Source: Heteronotia binoei
Lineage: Eukaryota
Reading direction: 5' to 3'
NCBI RefSeq assembly: GCF_032191835.1
Contig: NC_083241.1
Span: forward strand, 34,100,001 to 34,164,000
Length of the DNA stretch: 64,000 nucleotides
Shown here: positions 35,283-46,494 of the stretch, piece by piece
How the letters are laid out: each line of letters begins with the position of its first letter
Position numbering within the stretch: position 1 is the stretch's first letter
Notes under the pieces: model-generated
Told to the model about the DNA's origin: nothing
Databases searched by the model: none
The model's input: only the letters and a program-made list of their open reading frames with translations
Program-made: the position numbers and the translations under genes

Positions 35283-35501
35283 TTATACAAGGCAACAGGC
35301 TCGGAACATCAGCATCCCGTCTGACGCAGAGAGCCGCAAGGAGATGCTCTCGTTAGCGGAGATGAAGAGCACGATGCCCGGGCGGAGGGCCATCTCTGAG
35401 GGGGTGGCAGTGGAGGTGCCCACAGCCGTTCCCTTGATCACCAGCAGGATGCTGGCGGAGTCGATGGCCGAAACGAGGTACAGCTTGACAGGGGAAGGTA
35501 T
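35283..35501 (-). CDS. MPI: MPI exon 8 (terminal)
   Basis: TTGCAG| IPSPVKLYLVSAIDSASILLVIKG...GIVLFISANESISLRL...MFRACCLV*. Confidence 0.95.
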   Translation of the reverse strand: MPSPVKLYLVSAIDSASILLVIKGTAVGTSTATPSEMALRPGIVLFISANESISLRLSASDGMLMFRACCLV

Positions 35502-36922
35502 CTGCAAGGGGAGGGGAGAGATGGTGTCAGGAGAGGTAATGGGGAACTTTGCTTCCAGCTCAAGGATTCTGGCCCACCCTCCCCCTGGCTACCAGAAAGT
35601 AAAACCAAAAGACTTAAACATACAGAGTAAAAAAAAATAAAGAAACAGATATGGCAATCTGGTTCCCCATAATGGAATATTTATGAAAACATAATGATAT
35701 TCCCAATTTGATTGATACACAGTGTTTATAGTAAACTTACTGGATTTTAAATTCCTTAGACTAGAAGATGATGATGGTATTGGATTTATATCCCGCCCTC
35801 CACTATGTGTCTCAGTGGCTCACAATCTCCTTTACCTTCCCCCCTCCCCCTGTGAGGTGGGTGAGGCTGAGAGAGCTCTCCCAGAAGCTGCCCTTTCAAG
35901 GATGGCTCTGCAAGAGCTATGGCTGGCCCAAGGCCATTCCAGCAGCTGCAAGTGGAGGAATGGGGAATCAAACCCGGTTCTCCCAGATAAGAGTCCACGC
36001 ACTTCACCACTATACCATACTGGCTCTCTATAGACTCTGTATTCAGAGAAAGTGTTTGAAACGACTAAATATTGAAAATTTCCAGTATACGTTTAAAACA
36101 GACATATGTTTCTTAAAATGCTGTATTTTTATTAATATCTGACTACAGCCATTGTACTGTACTATATTATTTTGTCACATTTATATTTTGAAAATACAAT
36201 GAATTGCTAATTAAAAAAAATAGTGAGGATGTGCTAAGCAACGTTCCCGCTAAGCAGTGGAGTCTTGTATGCAAAAATCCTACTTTGTGAGCTCCCGGCA
36301 CTAAAGTTGTGAGCTACTGCAGAAATTAGTTTGCTCTGGGGCCATTTTTCCTGAGCTGAGACAAAAATGTGTGAGCTGGAGGCTAAAAACTTGTGAGCTA
36401 GCTCACGCTAGCTCAGCTTAGAGGGAACATTGGTTCTGACGCTCTAGGAGTTCACTGCCATAGGAAGTGGTGGCATCGACGAGCAGAGGTAGCTTCAAGA
36501 GGGGACTGGAGAAACATGGAGCAGAGGCACATCAGTGGCTATTAGCCACACGGCATAGATGGAACACAGTTTCACATGTGCTAAAATGATGTGTGTAAAA
36601 GTTTCCATCCACTTCAATGACCGTTTGCTGGTGGATTCTGCCATTTGACAAAGCAGAATCCAATTGCAAAGTGAATTGAAAGTGTGCTATTCAGTGTGTG
36701 TGAATCGCCCTGTCTGGGGTAGTGACGTCTGCATTCTTAGTGCTTGGAGGGCCAACCGTGGGGGGATTCTGGAGTTCTGGGCCCATTAGTGGACCTCCTG
36801 ATGATACCTGGATTTTGGCTACCGTGTAACAGACAGTGTTGGGCTGCATGGGCCATTGGCCTGATCCAACATGGTTTCTCTCATGTTCTTACTAAATCTA
36901 GAGATTCAGGAAATCCCTAGAA

Positions 36923-37061
36923 CAGGGGTGGCCAATGGTAGCTCTCCAGATGTTTTTTGCCTACAACTCTCAATCAGCCCCAGCCAACATGGCCAATGGC
37001 TGGGGCTGATGGGAGTTGTAGGCAAAAAAAACATCTGAAGAGCTACCGTTGGCCACCCCTG
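36923..37061. mobile_element. Palindromic hAT MITE (hairpin)
   Basis: TIR CAGGGGTGGCCAA; TSD CCCTAGAA on both sides. Confidence 0.9.
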
Positions 37062-38012
37062 CCCTAGAATGTTGCTGCAACATCACTTGCAGTGATGTCA
37101 CTTCCTGCCTGGCCCCTAAAAGCTCACAGGGGTGGCCAGCAGATGACCGGCAACCCTAAAAAGGAGAAGTGAGTGCAAAAAGCTCCAACCCTCCTGCACT
37201 TTCCTTGCCCCTTGTGGCGGACCGGTCCTGCGTCTGTCAGCTGGTCCCGATCCTGCCCAGCCCTTCCTGGTATACTGACCTGAAAGGGCTGTTCCACTTT
37301 GCTGCCTCAGCTGCCACCACTGTCCCTCTCTGGGCTCTGGTTAGGCGGGACGGCCTCCTAACCTCCCTCTGGACTCACTAGGAACTCTGTTCAGGGTTTC
37401 CCATGGAACTTTGGGGCTCCCCTGGAGAGTTGGCAACCAGCTATTCCACTTCTCTCCTCCTTAGGGATTCCCCAACCCACTCCTAGCATTCCAAGCGGTT
37501 GGGGGAACTATGTGGTACACAAACGTAACATTTATTTAAAGTATACAACTATTTACAGGCATTTTTTAAAAAGTGAACAGAAGAAACAAATGGAAGTAGG
37601 GAAAAAAATGCTCCTTCTCTCCCTGTTATAATACTTGCCCTAAACGGATGTCATGCAGGGCAGGCACCTCACTTATATTGTTGCAAGCCTGACCATACCT
37701 TCTGAACTAACTGAACTCCAGGATTAAACTGCCTGCTTCCTGCCCAAAATCTCCAATATAAATTGCAATTCACGCCCAGGAATTGGTTTGCCTCTCTTGC
37801 AGCATTTTGGGAGACAGGCCTCAAGGACTTCCTGTCTCTAGGAGGTCCCCCCCCCCCGAATTGCTGGTTCCAGGCAGGAGGGGAGGGGGCAGGAGGAAGA
37901 GACTAGGCCAAAGCCTGACTCGAGTTTGATGGCCTCTTCCTGCCAACTTCCAGATAACCATAGCCTAAAATGGCGTTTCTCCACACCCCTCTTCAAAGAC
38001 GTCCACACTTAC

Positions 38013-38221
38013 CTCTATTTTCATGACGGCAAAATCTGGGACTGGAGGATCGTAGATGGAGACGCAAGGGTCCAAGCGGCTCTGGGTGGGCGTCAGCACC
38101 TTGGAACTGCTCGGGGCTGGAGTGTAATTCAGCATCTCGCACAGGGTGTGGACGTCGATGAACTTGGGCGTGAGGCCCGCCCGCACCGTGTTGTCCGAAC
38201 AGGCCATGCACTCAATGCAGT
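38013..38221 (-). CDS. MPI: MPI exon 7
   Basis: CTGCAG| (D)[30 protein letters not shown]...[14 protein letters not shown] |GTAAGT; 209 nt. Confidence 0.97.
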
Positions 38222-38526
38222 CTGCAGGATTGAAAGCCAAGGGGGGAGGGAACCAATGGTCAGTGTGTGCACAACCCTTCCTGGTCCCATTCAGCATTCC
38301 CTCTAAGCTGCAGAGTCTTGTGAGCAAAAATTCTACTATGTGAGCTACTGGCATTAAAGTTGGGAACTACTGCATTAATTAGTTTGCCATGGGGTCATCC
38401 TTCCTGAAATAAGACAAAAATGTGTGAGCTGGAGGCTAAAAATCTGTGAGCTAGCTCACACTAACTCAGCTTAGAGCTGGGGTGGCCAAACTTGCTTAAC
38501 GTAAGAGCCACAGAGTAAATGTCAGA

Positions 38527-38701
38527 NNNNNNNNNNNNNNNNNNNNNNNNNNNNNNNNNNNNNNNNNNNNNNNNNNNNNNNNNNNNNNNNNNNNNNNNNN
38601 NNNNNNNNNNNNNNNNNNNNNNNNNNNNNNNNNNNNNNNNNNNNNNNNNNNNNNNNNNNNNNNNNNNNNNNNNNNNNNNNNNNNNNNNNNNNNNNNNNNN
38701 N
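38527..38701. other. Assembly gap (175 N) inside a hAT MITE
   Basis: Run of N. Confidence 1.
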
Positions 38702-38744
38702 TTTAACTTTAAATGCACTCTCCAGGGCACAGACAAACACAATT

Positions 38745-39186
38745 AAAAACTTAAACATGGTTAAAAGATTAGCATTCTTGCAGTATTTTGTTAATTTAAC
38801 AGTTTCTGATAACTGACACCTCTTGCTCTGAATTATTGCATCAAAATCTGGAGACGTCTGTGTGGCAGCAATCTTGAGTATGCTGTTCAGGAGTTGTTCC
38901 TGGGTCAATCAATGCTTTGAACCTAAGACCTTGGGGAAAATATGAAATGATTGGGCATTGCAAGCTTTTGTACAGAAGCTGCTTCATGTGCTGGTCAGCC
39001 AATATAGAAAATACAGGTTTTGCTCTGTAGCTCCTCTGCGATTGAGCAAGCCTAGCAAAGCAAGCTATGATGCAGAAGGAAGCAAGAGAGAGAGAAGGAA
39101 GCAGATGACAGTGAGTTGCTTGTGGGCCTGATAGCAGCTCTCCAGGGGCCTGATTTGGCCCTCAGGCTGCGTGTCTGACATCCCTT
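38745..39186 (-). mobile_element. hAT (Charlie/SPIN-like) deletion derivative with transposase C-terminal remnant
   Basis: LTQEQLLNSILKIAATQTSPDFDAIIQSKRCQLS resembles hAT-Charlie transposase C-termini (recall). TIR-like end GTGTCTGACATCCCT. Confidence 0.55.
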
Positions 39187-39540
39187 AACTATGCAGATTA
39201 AAATAACATTTCAACAGCAGCTACCGCTGCAGCATTTCTTTTATTCTCTCTTGCTCTTCTTCCCCAGCGCATTTTTAAAAATCACCTCTCTTCTCCCTGG
39301 AACTTGGCCTTCCTTTGTGTGTGTGGCTCCGCCTCCTGCAGCAGCCATTTTTATTGGCTCCACCTCCTGAGGCTGCCATTTTATGGTTGCACTCACCACC
39401 CTGTGTCGGGATTCTAAAGGTGCCCACAGGCTCCAAAAGGTTGGGGACCCCTGGAGCAGAGTGATAAGTGAATAGATCTCCCCAGTCCTGACGGGACACA
39501 GCAGCTGCTATGTCACACGATGCTCAGTGCGGACACTCAC

Positions 39541-39705
39541 CTCCGTAGAGATAGGCGTGCGGCTCATTGGCTCCAAGGAACATGGACTCTCCCGGCTTCA
39601 TTCTCACCAGGTTCAGGAAATAGATGGCGAAGCAGCCGATGTCTCCAGGGAACTGCGAGTGAAGCTGGAGAAGAAGGGCCCCGAGGCTGGCTGAAGTGTC
39701 TTCCC
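39541..39705 (-). CDS. MPI: MPI exon 6
   Basis: CTTTAG| [54 protein letters not shown] |GTGAGT; includes the PHAY His ligand. Confidence 0.97.
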
Positions 39706-39785
39706 CTAAAGCAGCTGAGGAAAGAGAGGCACAGAAACCCCTGAAGAGCGAGCAGCAGAGGCCTCTCCATAGGGTCCATCACCTT

Positions 39786-40220
39786 AGAGCCAGTTTGGTG
39801 TAGTGCTTAAGTGCATGGACTTTTATCTGGGAGAACCAGGTTTGATTCCCCACTCCTCCACTTACAGCTGCTGGAATGGGCTTAGGTCAGCCATAGCTGT
39901 TATAGGAGTTGTCCTTGAAAGGGCAGTTGCTGTGGGAGCCCTCTCAGCCCCACCCACCTCACAGGGTGTCTGTTGTGGGGGGAGGAAGATATAGGACCGT
40001 GGTGGCCAACGGTAGCTCTCCAGATGTTTTTTTTTTGCCTACAACTCCCATCAGCCCCAGCCATTGGCCATGCTGGCCAGGGCTGATGGGAGTTGTAGGC
40101 AAAAAAAAAAAACATTTGGAGAGCTACCGTTGGCCACCCCTGATATAGGAGATTGTGAGCCGCTCTGAGTGTCTGATTCAGAGAGAAGGAGGGGTATAAA
40201 TCTTCAGTCGTCTTCTTCTT
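39786..40220 (+). mobile_element. Squam3-like SINE with a nested hairpin MITE (39997-40142)
   Basis: The MITE is flanked by TSD ATATAGGA at 39989-39996 and 40143-40150. Confidence 0.9.
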
Positions 40221-40686
40221 AGCAAGGCTCCGTTCCAGAGATCAGCAGCCTTTTGTAATGAAAGAGCCCAATGACATCAAAACTCAAGAGATTGACGAGA
40301 CTCAAGAAGAGCATGGTGGGAAACTATACATCTTCACAACAAAGTCTGAGTCCAGTGGCCCCTTTAAGACCCAACAGGGCTGGCCTTAGACTGTCTGGCA
40401 CCCTAGGCTAACTTCTGGCGTCCCCCCCCCCTCCGCACTGATAATGTCACCAAGTCACAATTAAAAGCTCCCAGAAGTCTGGGTGCCCTAGGCAACTGCC
40501 TAGTTTGCCTAGCGGCAGGGCCAGATGTGAGACCCAAGCTAAAGAGCCCCAATAAAGTTTGATGTCAATGCTTGGGCTGTTGTCTGGCTACGGCGGGAAA
40601 TGGCCCCAAGGTACAGTCAATTGCTCCATCGAGCTCATGCTAAAAGGTCACAAAGGTGCTTTACGAAACCGTCCCCCCCCGCTCAC

Positions 40687-40869
40687 CTTTCTCGGTCATC
40701 CGCTTCACCAACAGGCTGAGCTGCTCCGTGTAGACTTTCTTCTCACTCTTCATCATCCTGGTGAAGCAGACGCGCAGCGCGGCCGACACTCCCCGGGGGT
40801 CGTCCCTCACGCTGCGCTCCAGCTGCTCGGCGGCCACATTCCCAATCAGGGCTCGGAATTCAGGAATCT
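40687..40869 (-). CDS. MPI: MPI exon 5
   Basis: CCACAG| (K)IPEFRALIGNVAAEQLERSV...FTRMMKSEKKVYTEQLSLLVKRMTEK(G) |GTGAGC; 183 nt. Confidence 0.95.
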
Positions 40870-41021
40870 CTGTGGGGAAAAACAGATGCACGCACTGTCA
40901 ACAAGGACCGCAACGCACCCGCAGGTCCAATGCAGTGAGAGGGGAATCCGCTGAATCACTGGCAATGTCTTGGGAAGAGAAGAAGAAATTGGATATTGAG
41001 ATATAAGAGAAGAAGAAATTG

Positions 41022-41547
41022 GAGAGCCAATTTGGTGTAGTGGTTAAGTGTGCGGACTCTTATCTGGGAGAACCGGGTTTGATTCCCCACTCCTCCTCTT
41101 GCACCTGCTGGAATGGCCTTGGGTCAGCCATAGCTCTGGCAGAGGTTGTCCTTGAAAGGGCAGCTGCTGTGAGAGTCCTCTCCAGCCCCACCCACCTCAC
41201 AGGATGTCTGTTGTGGGGGAGGAAGGTAAAGGAGATTGTGAGCCGCTCTGAGACTCTTCGGAATGGAGGGCGGGATATAAATCCAATATCTTCTTCATCC
41301 CGCCCTATACTCTGAATCTCAGAGCGGTCACAATCTCCTTTACCTCCCCTCCACCCACAACAGACATCCTGTGAGGTGAATGGGGCTGAGAGGGCTCTTA
41401 CAGCAGCTGCCCTTTCAAGGACAACTCCTACAAAAGCATGGCTGACCCACTCCTCCACTATTCCAGCAGCTGCTAGTGGAGGAGTGGGGAATCAAACCTG
41501 GTTCTCCCAGGTAAGAGTTCGCCCACTTAACCACAACACCAAACTGT
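41022..41547. mobile_element. Tail-to-tail inverted pair of Squam3-like SINEs
   Basis: The + copy 41022-41297 abuts the - copy 41297-41547. Confidence 0.85.
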
Positions 41548-42102
41548 CAACCCCCAACTCTCCCAAACCTTAATCCCACTCTCTAAATGCTATTTGCATG
41601 GATTTTTCTTTTTTGGTATTTGTTTATATCCCACTGGTCTTCCCATAGTTGGGACTGACGCTCCTTCTAAGCTGTGAGCGTCTTGTGAGCAAAAATTCTG
41701 CTTTCTGAGCTACTGGCATTCAAGTTGAGAAAGTCTGCATAAACACGTTTGCCCTGGGGCCATTTTTCTTGGGCGAAGACCAAAACGTGTGGATTGGAGG
41801 CTAAAAAGCTGTGAGCTAGCTCATACTAACTCAGCTCAGAGGGAAGAAGAAGAAGAAGAAGAAGATGATATTAGATTTATATCCCGCCCTATACTCTGAA
41901 TCTCAGAGTCTCAGAGCGGTCACAATCTCCTCCACCTTCCCTCCCCCCTCCACCCCCCCACAACAGACACCCTGTAAGAGTTTTTCGCCCTGGCCTTTGG
42001 CAACCAGCAATTAGAGGTAGACTGCCTCTGCTCACGGAGGTTCCATTCAGGCCTCTGCTGCTTCCCCCCCTCCTTGTTTTAAAGGCCCCGCCATTCACTT
42101 AC

Positions 42103-42244
42103 TTTGAAGAAAGGTCACAATCTCTTCAACAGGACGGAAGCCGCATAGACCGTCAAAGGTGGACAGGGCGATGGCCATCTCTGGCTTGTGGTTGGCGTCG
42201 GGGTAGTTCTCTGGGTGCTTGGCGTGAAGCTTCATCGCCAGTTC
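42103..42244 (-). CDS. MPI: MPI exon 4
   Basis: TGCCAG| [47 protein letters not shown] |GTAAGT; 142 nt; includes the HKPE Glu ligand. Confidence 0.97.
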
Positions 42245-42759
42245 CTGGCAAAAGAGCAGGGACAGAGTTCAGAGGTGGCCCTCACCTACGGCAGCAACAA
42301 GGGACCTTTTCAAAGATTCCTCTAAACTGCGGAGTCTTGTGAGCAAAAATTTGACTTTGTGAGTTACTGGCATTAAAGTCGTGAGCTGCTGCGTAAATCA
42401 GTTTGCTCTGGGGTCATTTTTCCTAAGCTAAGACAAAAATTAGCTGGAGGCTAAAATCTGTGAGCTAGCTCACACTAACTCAGCTTAGAGGGAACACAGG
42501 CCTTGACCCTTAGATCTTTATTATGTAGTCCATTTAGTCCCTTTCTTCTCTCTTTTGTTTTACCCCCACAGCAACCCTGGGAGGTAGGAGAGAGTGTGAC
42601 AGGCCAAGTGTCACCCAGCGAGCTTCAGTGACAAAGCAAGGATTTTAACTCGGGTCTCCCTGATCCTAGTCTGACACTCTTACCCACTACGCCACCATGG
42701 CTCCATTAGGAAATGACAGGTCATAGCTTATGAAGCTATGAAGGAAGGTTAAAATGCTT

Positions 42760-43275
42760 GGGGCTCTTTAGCTTGGAGAAACGTCGACTGCGGGATGACA
42801 CGACAGCAGTCTACAAGATTATGCATGGGATAGAGAAGGTAGAGAAAGTAGGACTTTTCTCCCTTTCTCACAATACAAGAACTCGTGGGCAATGAAACTG
42901 CTGAGCAGTCAAGTTAGAACGGATAAAAGGAAGTACTTCTTCACCCAAAGGGGGATTAACACTTGGAATTCACTGCCACAGGAGGTGGTGGCAGCTACAA
43001 GCATAGCCAGCTTCAAGAGGGGATTGGATAAGCATATGGAGCAGAGGTCCATCAGTGGCTATTAGCCACAGGGTATTGTTGGAACCTTCTGTCTGGGGCA
43101 GTGATGCTCTGTATTCTGTGTGCTTGGAGGGGCAGCACAATGGGATGGCTTCTAGCGTTCTGGCCCCACTGGTGGACCTCCTGATGGCACTTGAGTTTTT
43201 TTGGCCACTGTGTGACACAGAGTGTTGGACTGGATGGGCCATTGTTCTGATTCAACATGGCTTCTCTGTTCTTAT
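42760..43275 (+). mobile_element. CR1 LINE 3' fragment
   Basis: CTCTTTAGCTTGGAGAAACGTCGACTGCGGG... through CATGGCTTCTCTGTTCTTATG. Confidence 0.85.
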
Positions 43276-44035
43276 GTTCTTCAACAGGCCGCCGATGAGG
43301 GTCTGCATGATGCAAGCATGGAGGGAAGCAGGGTGGATGGATCTCAAGTGATCCATTAACCAAAAATGTTATTAAATATTACAAAAGCCAAAAGTTGTAT
43401 AAAGGTTAGAGTCTGAGACTAGGAGCTGGGAGACCCAGGTTCACTCTGACATCGAAGTTCACTCGGTGACCTGGGGACGGTCATCCTCTCAGGCTGATTT
43501 ACCTCAAGGGGCTGTTGTGAGGATAAACTGGAAAACAGGAGAAGCTACTGGGGGGGGGGGACAGTGAGATACACAGTAATGAAAACAAACAAATTGAAAA
43601 CTGTGGAGTCTACAGTGAAACTTAATAAATATTCAACCCGATTCATTGTGAACGAAGTGGTTATTATTAGAAATCTTATAATATTAGGAAAGGTCACAAC
43701 CGTTACACAGAAACAGCGCTGTGAACAAAAGCGAACCACTCTTCTGAGACAGAGATCAATCCAGAAAGCTTTTGTGAAACAAAGAACCAACAGAATGTTA
43801 ATTGGTATGTTCAGGGTCACAATGAAGTCGAGAAGACCAAAATTCTTCATTTCAAGCGGACAATAGATAGAAAGATGATCCAGTGACGCTGACCCCGGCC
43901 TCTAACGGGCAAGCCAGCTGAGAAGGGCTGCGTTTCAAGAGAACCTTTATCAAAGTGGGAACTGATCTGCCACCCTAGGTAACCATCTCACCTTTGGGTT
44001 CTAGGATGAAACCCACTCCCCCCCCCCCCCACTGA

Positions 44036-44167
44036 TTCCTTGTTTAAAGGCCCCACTGTTCACTCACTCTGAAGAAAGGTCACAATTCTCTTTGTGCACA
44101 GAGGTCTAAAACCACGAAATCTGCAACTGGAGGACAGGATCAGTCTTCCCAAAGAACAAGCCCGCTG
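44036..44167 (-). other. MPI: Diverged partial duplicate of MPI exon 4 plus donor (candidate alternative or pseudo-exon)
   Basis: ATTGTGACCTTTCTTCAGA|GTGAGTGAACAGTGGGGCCTTTAAACAAGGA versus true exon 4 ATTGTGACCTTTCTTCAAA|GTAAGTGAATGGCGGGGCCTTTAAAACAAGGA. Confidence 0.8.
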
Positions 44168-44283
44168 CTGAACGGACAGTCCTGAGAGAGGAGGCCATGA
44201 GAAGGCTGCTCGAATGGCACAGGTCGCATTTGAGAGCAGGTAGTGAGACGCCGTTTGCTTTGCCTGCACCAAGAAAGTCTCAC

Positions 44284-44484
44284 CTTGTTAGGATGCGCCT
44301 GGATGGACAAGGCCGTGTTGACCGAGAGCACCTTGAACAGGAAGGGCAGCTGCCCGTGAAACATCTCTTTGACCTTTGAACCCAAACACCCAGGATTCTC
44401 CGCAATCCACTGCCCTAAGGTCTTCTGGGGGATGCGGTTGTCCAGAATGGGGGAGTCGCCTTTGGGATGCGTGCCCATCCAGAG
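44284..44484 (-). CDS. MPI: MPI exon 3
   Basis: GCCTAG| [67 protein letters not shown] |GTGAGA; includes the SIQAHP ligands. Confidence 0.97.
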
Positions 44485-44557
44485 CTAGGCCAGGAGAGGG
44501 GAGAGAAGGAAGGGGGGGGAGAGAGGTTAGACATACAGTAAGTTCACATGGATTTGT

Positions 44558-45140
44558 AAGAAGAGTTGGATTTATACCCTGGCCTTCACTTGGAGGCTCA
44601 GAGCAGCTTACTATCCCCTTCCCTTCCCCTCCCCACAACAGGCACCCTGTGAGGCAGGTGGGGCTAAGAGAGAACTGCTCTTGAAAGAACAGCTCTGAGA
44701 GAAGTATGACTGAACCAGGGTCACCCAGCTGGCTGTACGTTGAAGAGTGGGGATCAAACCTGGTTCTCCAGATTAGAGTCCACTGCTCTTAACCACCACA
44801 CCAAACTGGTTCTCAGGAAAACAGTTGCCTAGGAAGATGTAAAAAGAAATCTAAAAGCCAGTTTGGTGTAGTGGTTAAGTGTGTAGACTCTTACCTGGGA
44901 AAACCGGGTTTGATTCCCCACTCCTCCACTTGCAGCTGCTGGAATGGCCTTGGGTCAGCCATAGCTCTGGCAGAGGTTGTCCTTGAAAGGGCAGCTTCTG
45001 GGAGAGCTCTCTCAGCCCCACCCACCTCACAAGGTGTTTGTTGTGGGGGGAGAAGATACAGGAGACTGTAAGCCTTTCTGAGTCTCTGATTCAGAGAGAA
45101 GGGTGGGGTATAAATCTGCAGTCATCGTCTTCTTCTTCTT
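44558..45140. mobile_element. Head-to-head inverted SINE pair (- 44558-44814, MIR/Squam3-like; + 44856-45140, Squam3-like)
   Basis: Both carry a GCCAGTTTGGTG-type head in opposite orientations about 40 bp apart. Confidence 0.8.
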
Positions 45141-46494
45141 AAAAATGCCACACTGCATTTCCCTCTTCCAGATAGGGTGTCACTAGCAGTCTAGTGTGGG
45201 TTGGACTAAAATCCTGCACAGTTGCTTTCCACACTGGTACAATGGTGGGAAATGGTGGACGGGAGACCTGACTTCAAATCCTCATACTACAATGCAGCTT
45301 ATTTGAAAGAGAGAGAGAAAGACTGAAGACACCCCAGTAAACTTTGGAACACTGTGGGGACTTGAACCTGTATCTCAGCCCTCATGCCAAACCACTCTTA
45401 CAATGGTCTTTAGCATCTGTCACATTTTCATCCCAGGTTGTGCACACATCTCTCTCCTCCACGTTGTCTTCACGTTATCTTCACAACAACCGTGGGAAAG
45501 AGTTACCAGTGAGAGGGAATTTGAACCCAGATCCTAGTCAGTCCCTCTGTCCTGCACACTACACTGGCACTCAGATGTCATAAGGTAGTGAAGTCCACCA
45601 CTGTTAAATGGTGAACTCCACCGCTCTTGACCACTACACCACGTTGGCAATCAACAAAGGTCCTTCCCAGATGCCAAGAATCAAATCCAGAACCTTTTGC
45701 ATGCCAGACACCCTGTGAAGTAGGTGGGGCTGAGAGAGCTTTTACAGCAGCTGCCCTTTCAAGGACAACTCCTGCAAGAGCTCTGGCTGACCCAAGGCCA
45801 TTCCAGCAGCTGCAAGTGGAGGAGAAGGGAATCAAACCCGGTTCTCCCAGATAAGAGTCCGTGCACTTAACCGCTACACCAAACCGGCTCTCAAAGTACC
45901 AAAAATCTCAGAAAACCCAAGGGCTCTCCAAAGAATGCAGGGGTGACCAAAGGTTTTATTCCTTTTGCGACATAAGCAAATTATTCAAGACATACATTAC
46001 TGGATAATCAGAGAACGATTCTACATGACTTGGCATCATTCCATTGGAGCATCCCAATTTTGGGATGGAGCTCAATAAATTAGCAGCTGTTTACATTTCA
46101 AAGAACGCATCACTGCAAGCTGGTACCTCTTGGCAACAGTAAAACAATTCTTCTCCCAGAGATGTATCCATTTCAAGGCCATTTCTGTTTTTCTTAGGCT
46201 TGTTGTGTTATCAGGACATTCAAAATAACAGGCCTCTCTTGTAAATCAACCTCCCTGCAACTGTATCAGTCTATGGGCCTTCAAAGAGATGCTAACTTTG
46301 CCCTCCTCTCCACGTTGGGCCTCCTTCCGGAGCTAAATTACCCCTCTGCCCACGGATGGGAGGCCAAATGTTGCTGCTTAGATGGGTCATTAAGGGCAAG
46401 CTGCTAGATTGGAATGTGCTTTCGGTTTTGCGGCCAAGTCAAGCCTCCACAGAAATGCAGACTGAAATGTACTTTTTAAAATAAATTCCTTTCC

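Noticed and set aside
38461-38742. ORFs containing X runs
   Set aside because: Artefacts of the 175-N assembly gap.
41019-41315. Recurrent peptide MVKCADSYLGEPGLIPHSSTCTCWNGLGSAIALAEVVLERAAAV in many ORFs
   Set aside because: It is a translation of Squam3-like SINE copies, not a protein domain.
43545-43866. Overlapping 100-aa ORFs on both strands in AT-rich sequence
   Set aside because: No homology recognised; it lies in MPI intron 3 without splice support.
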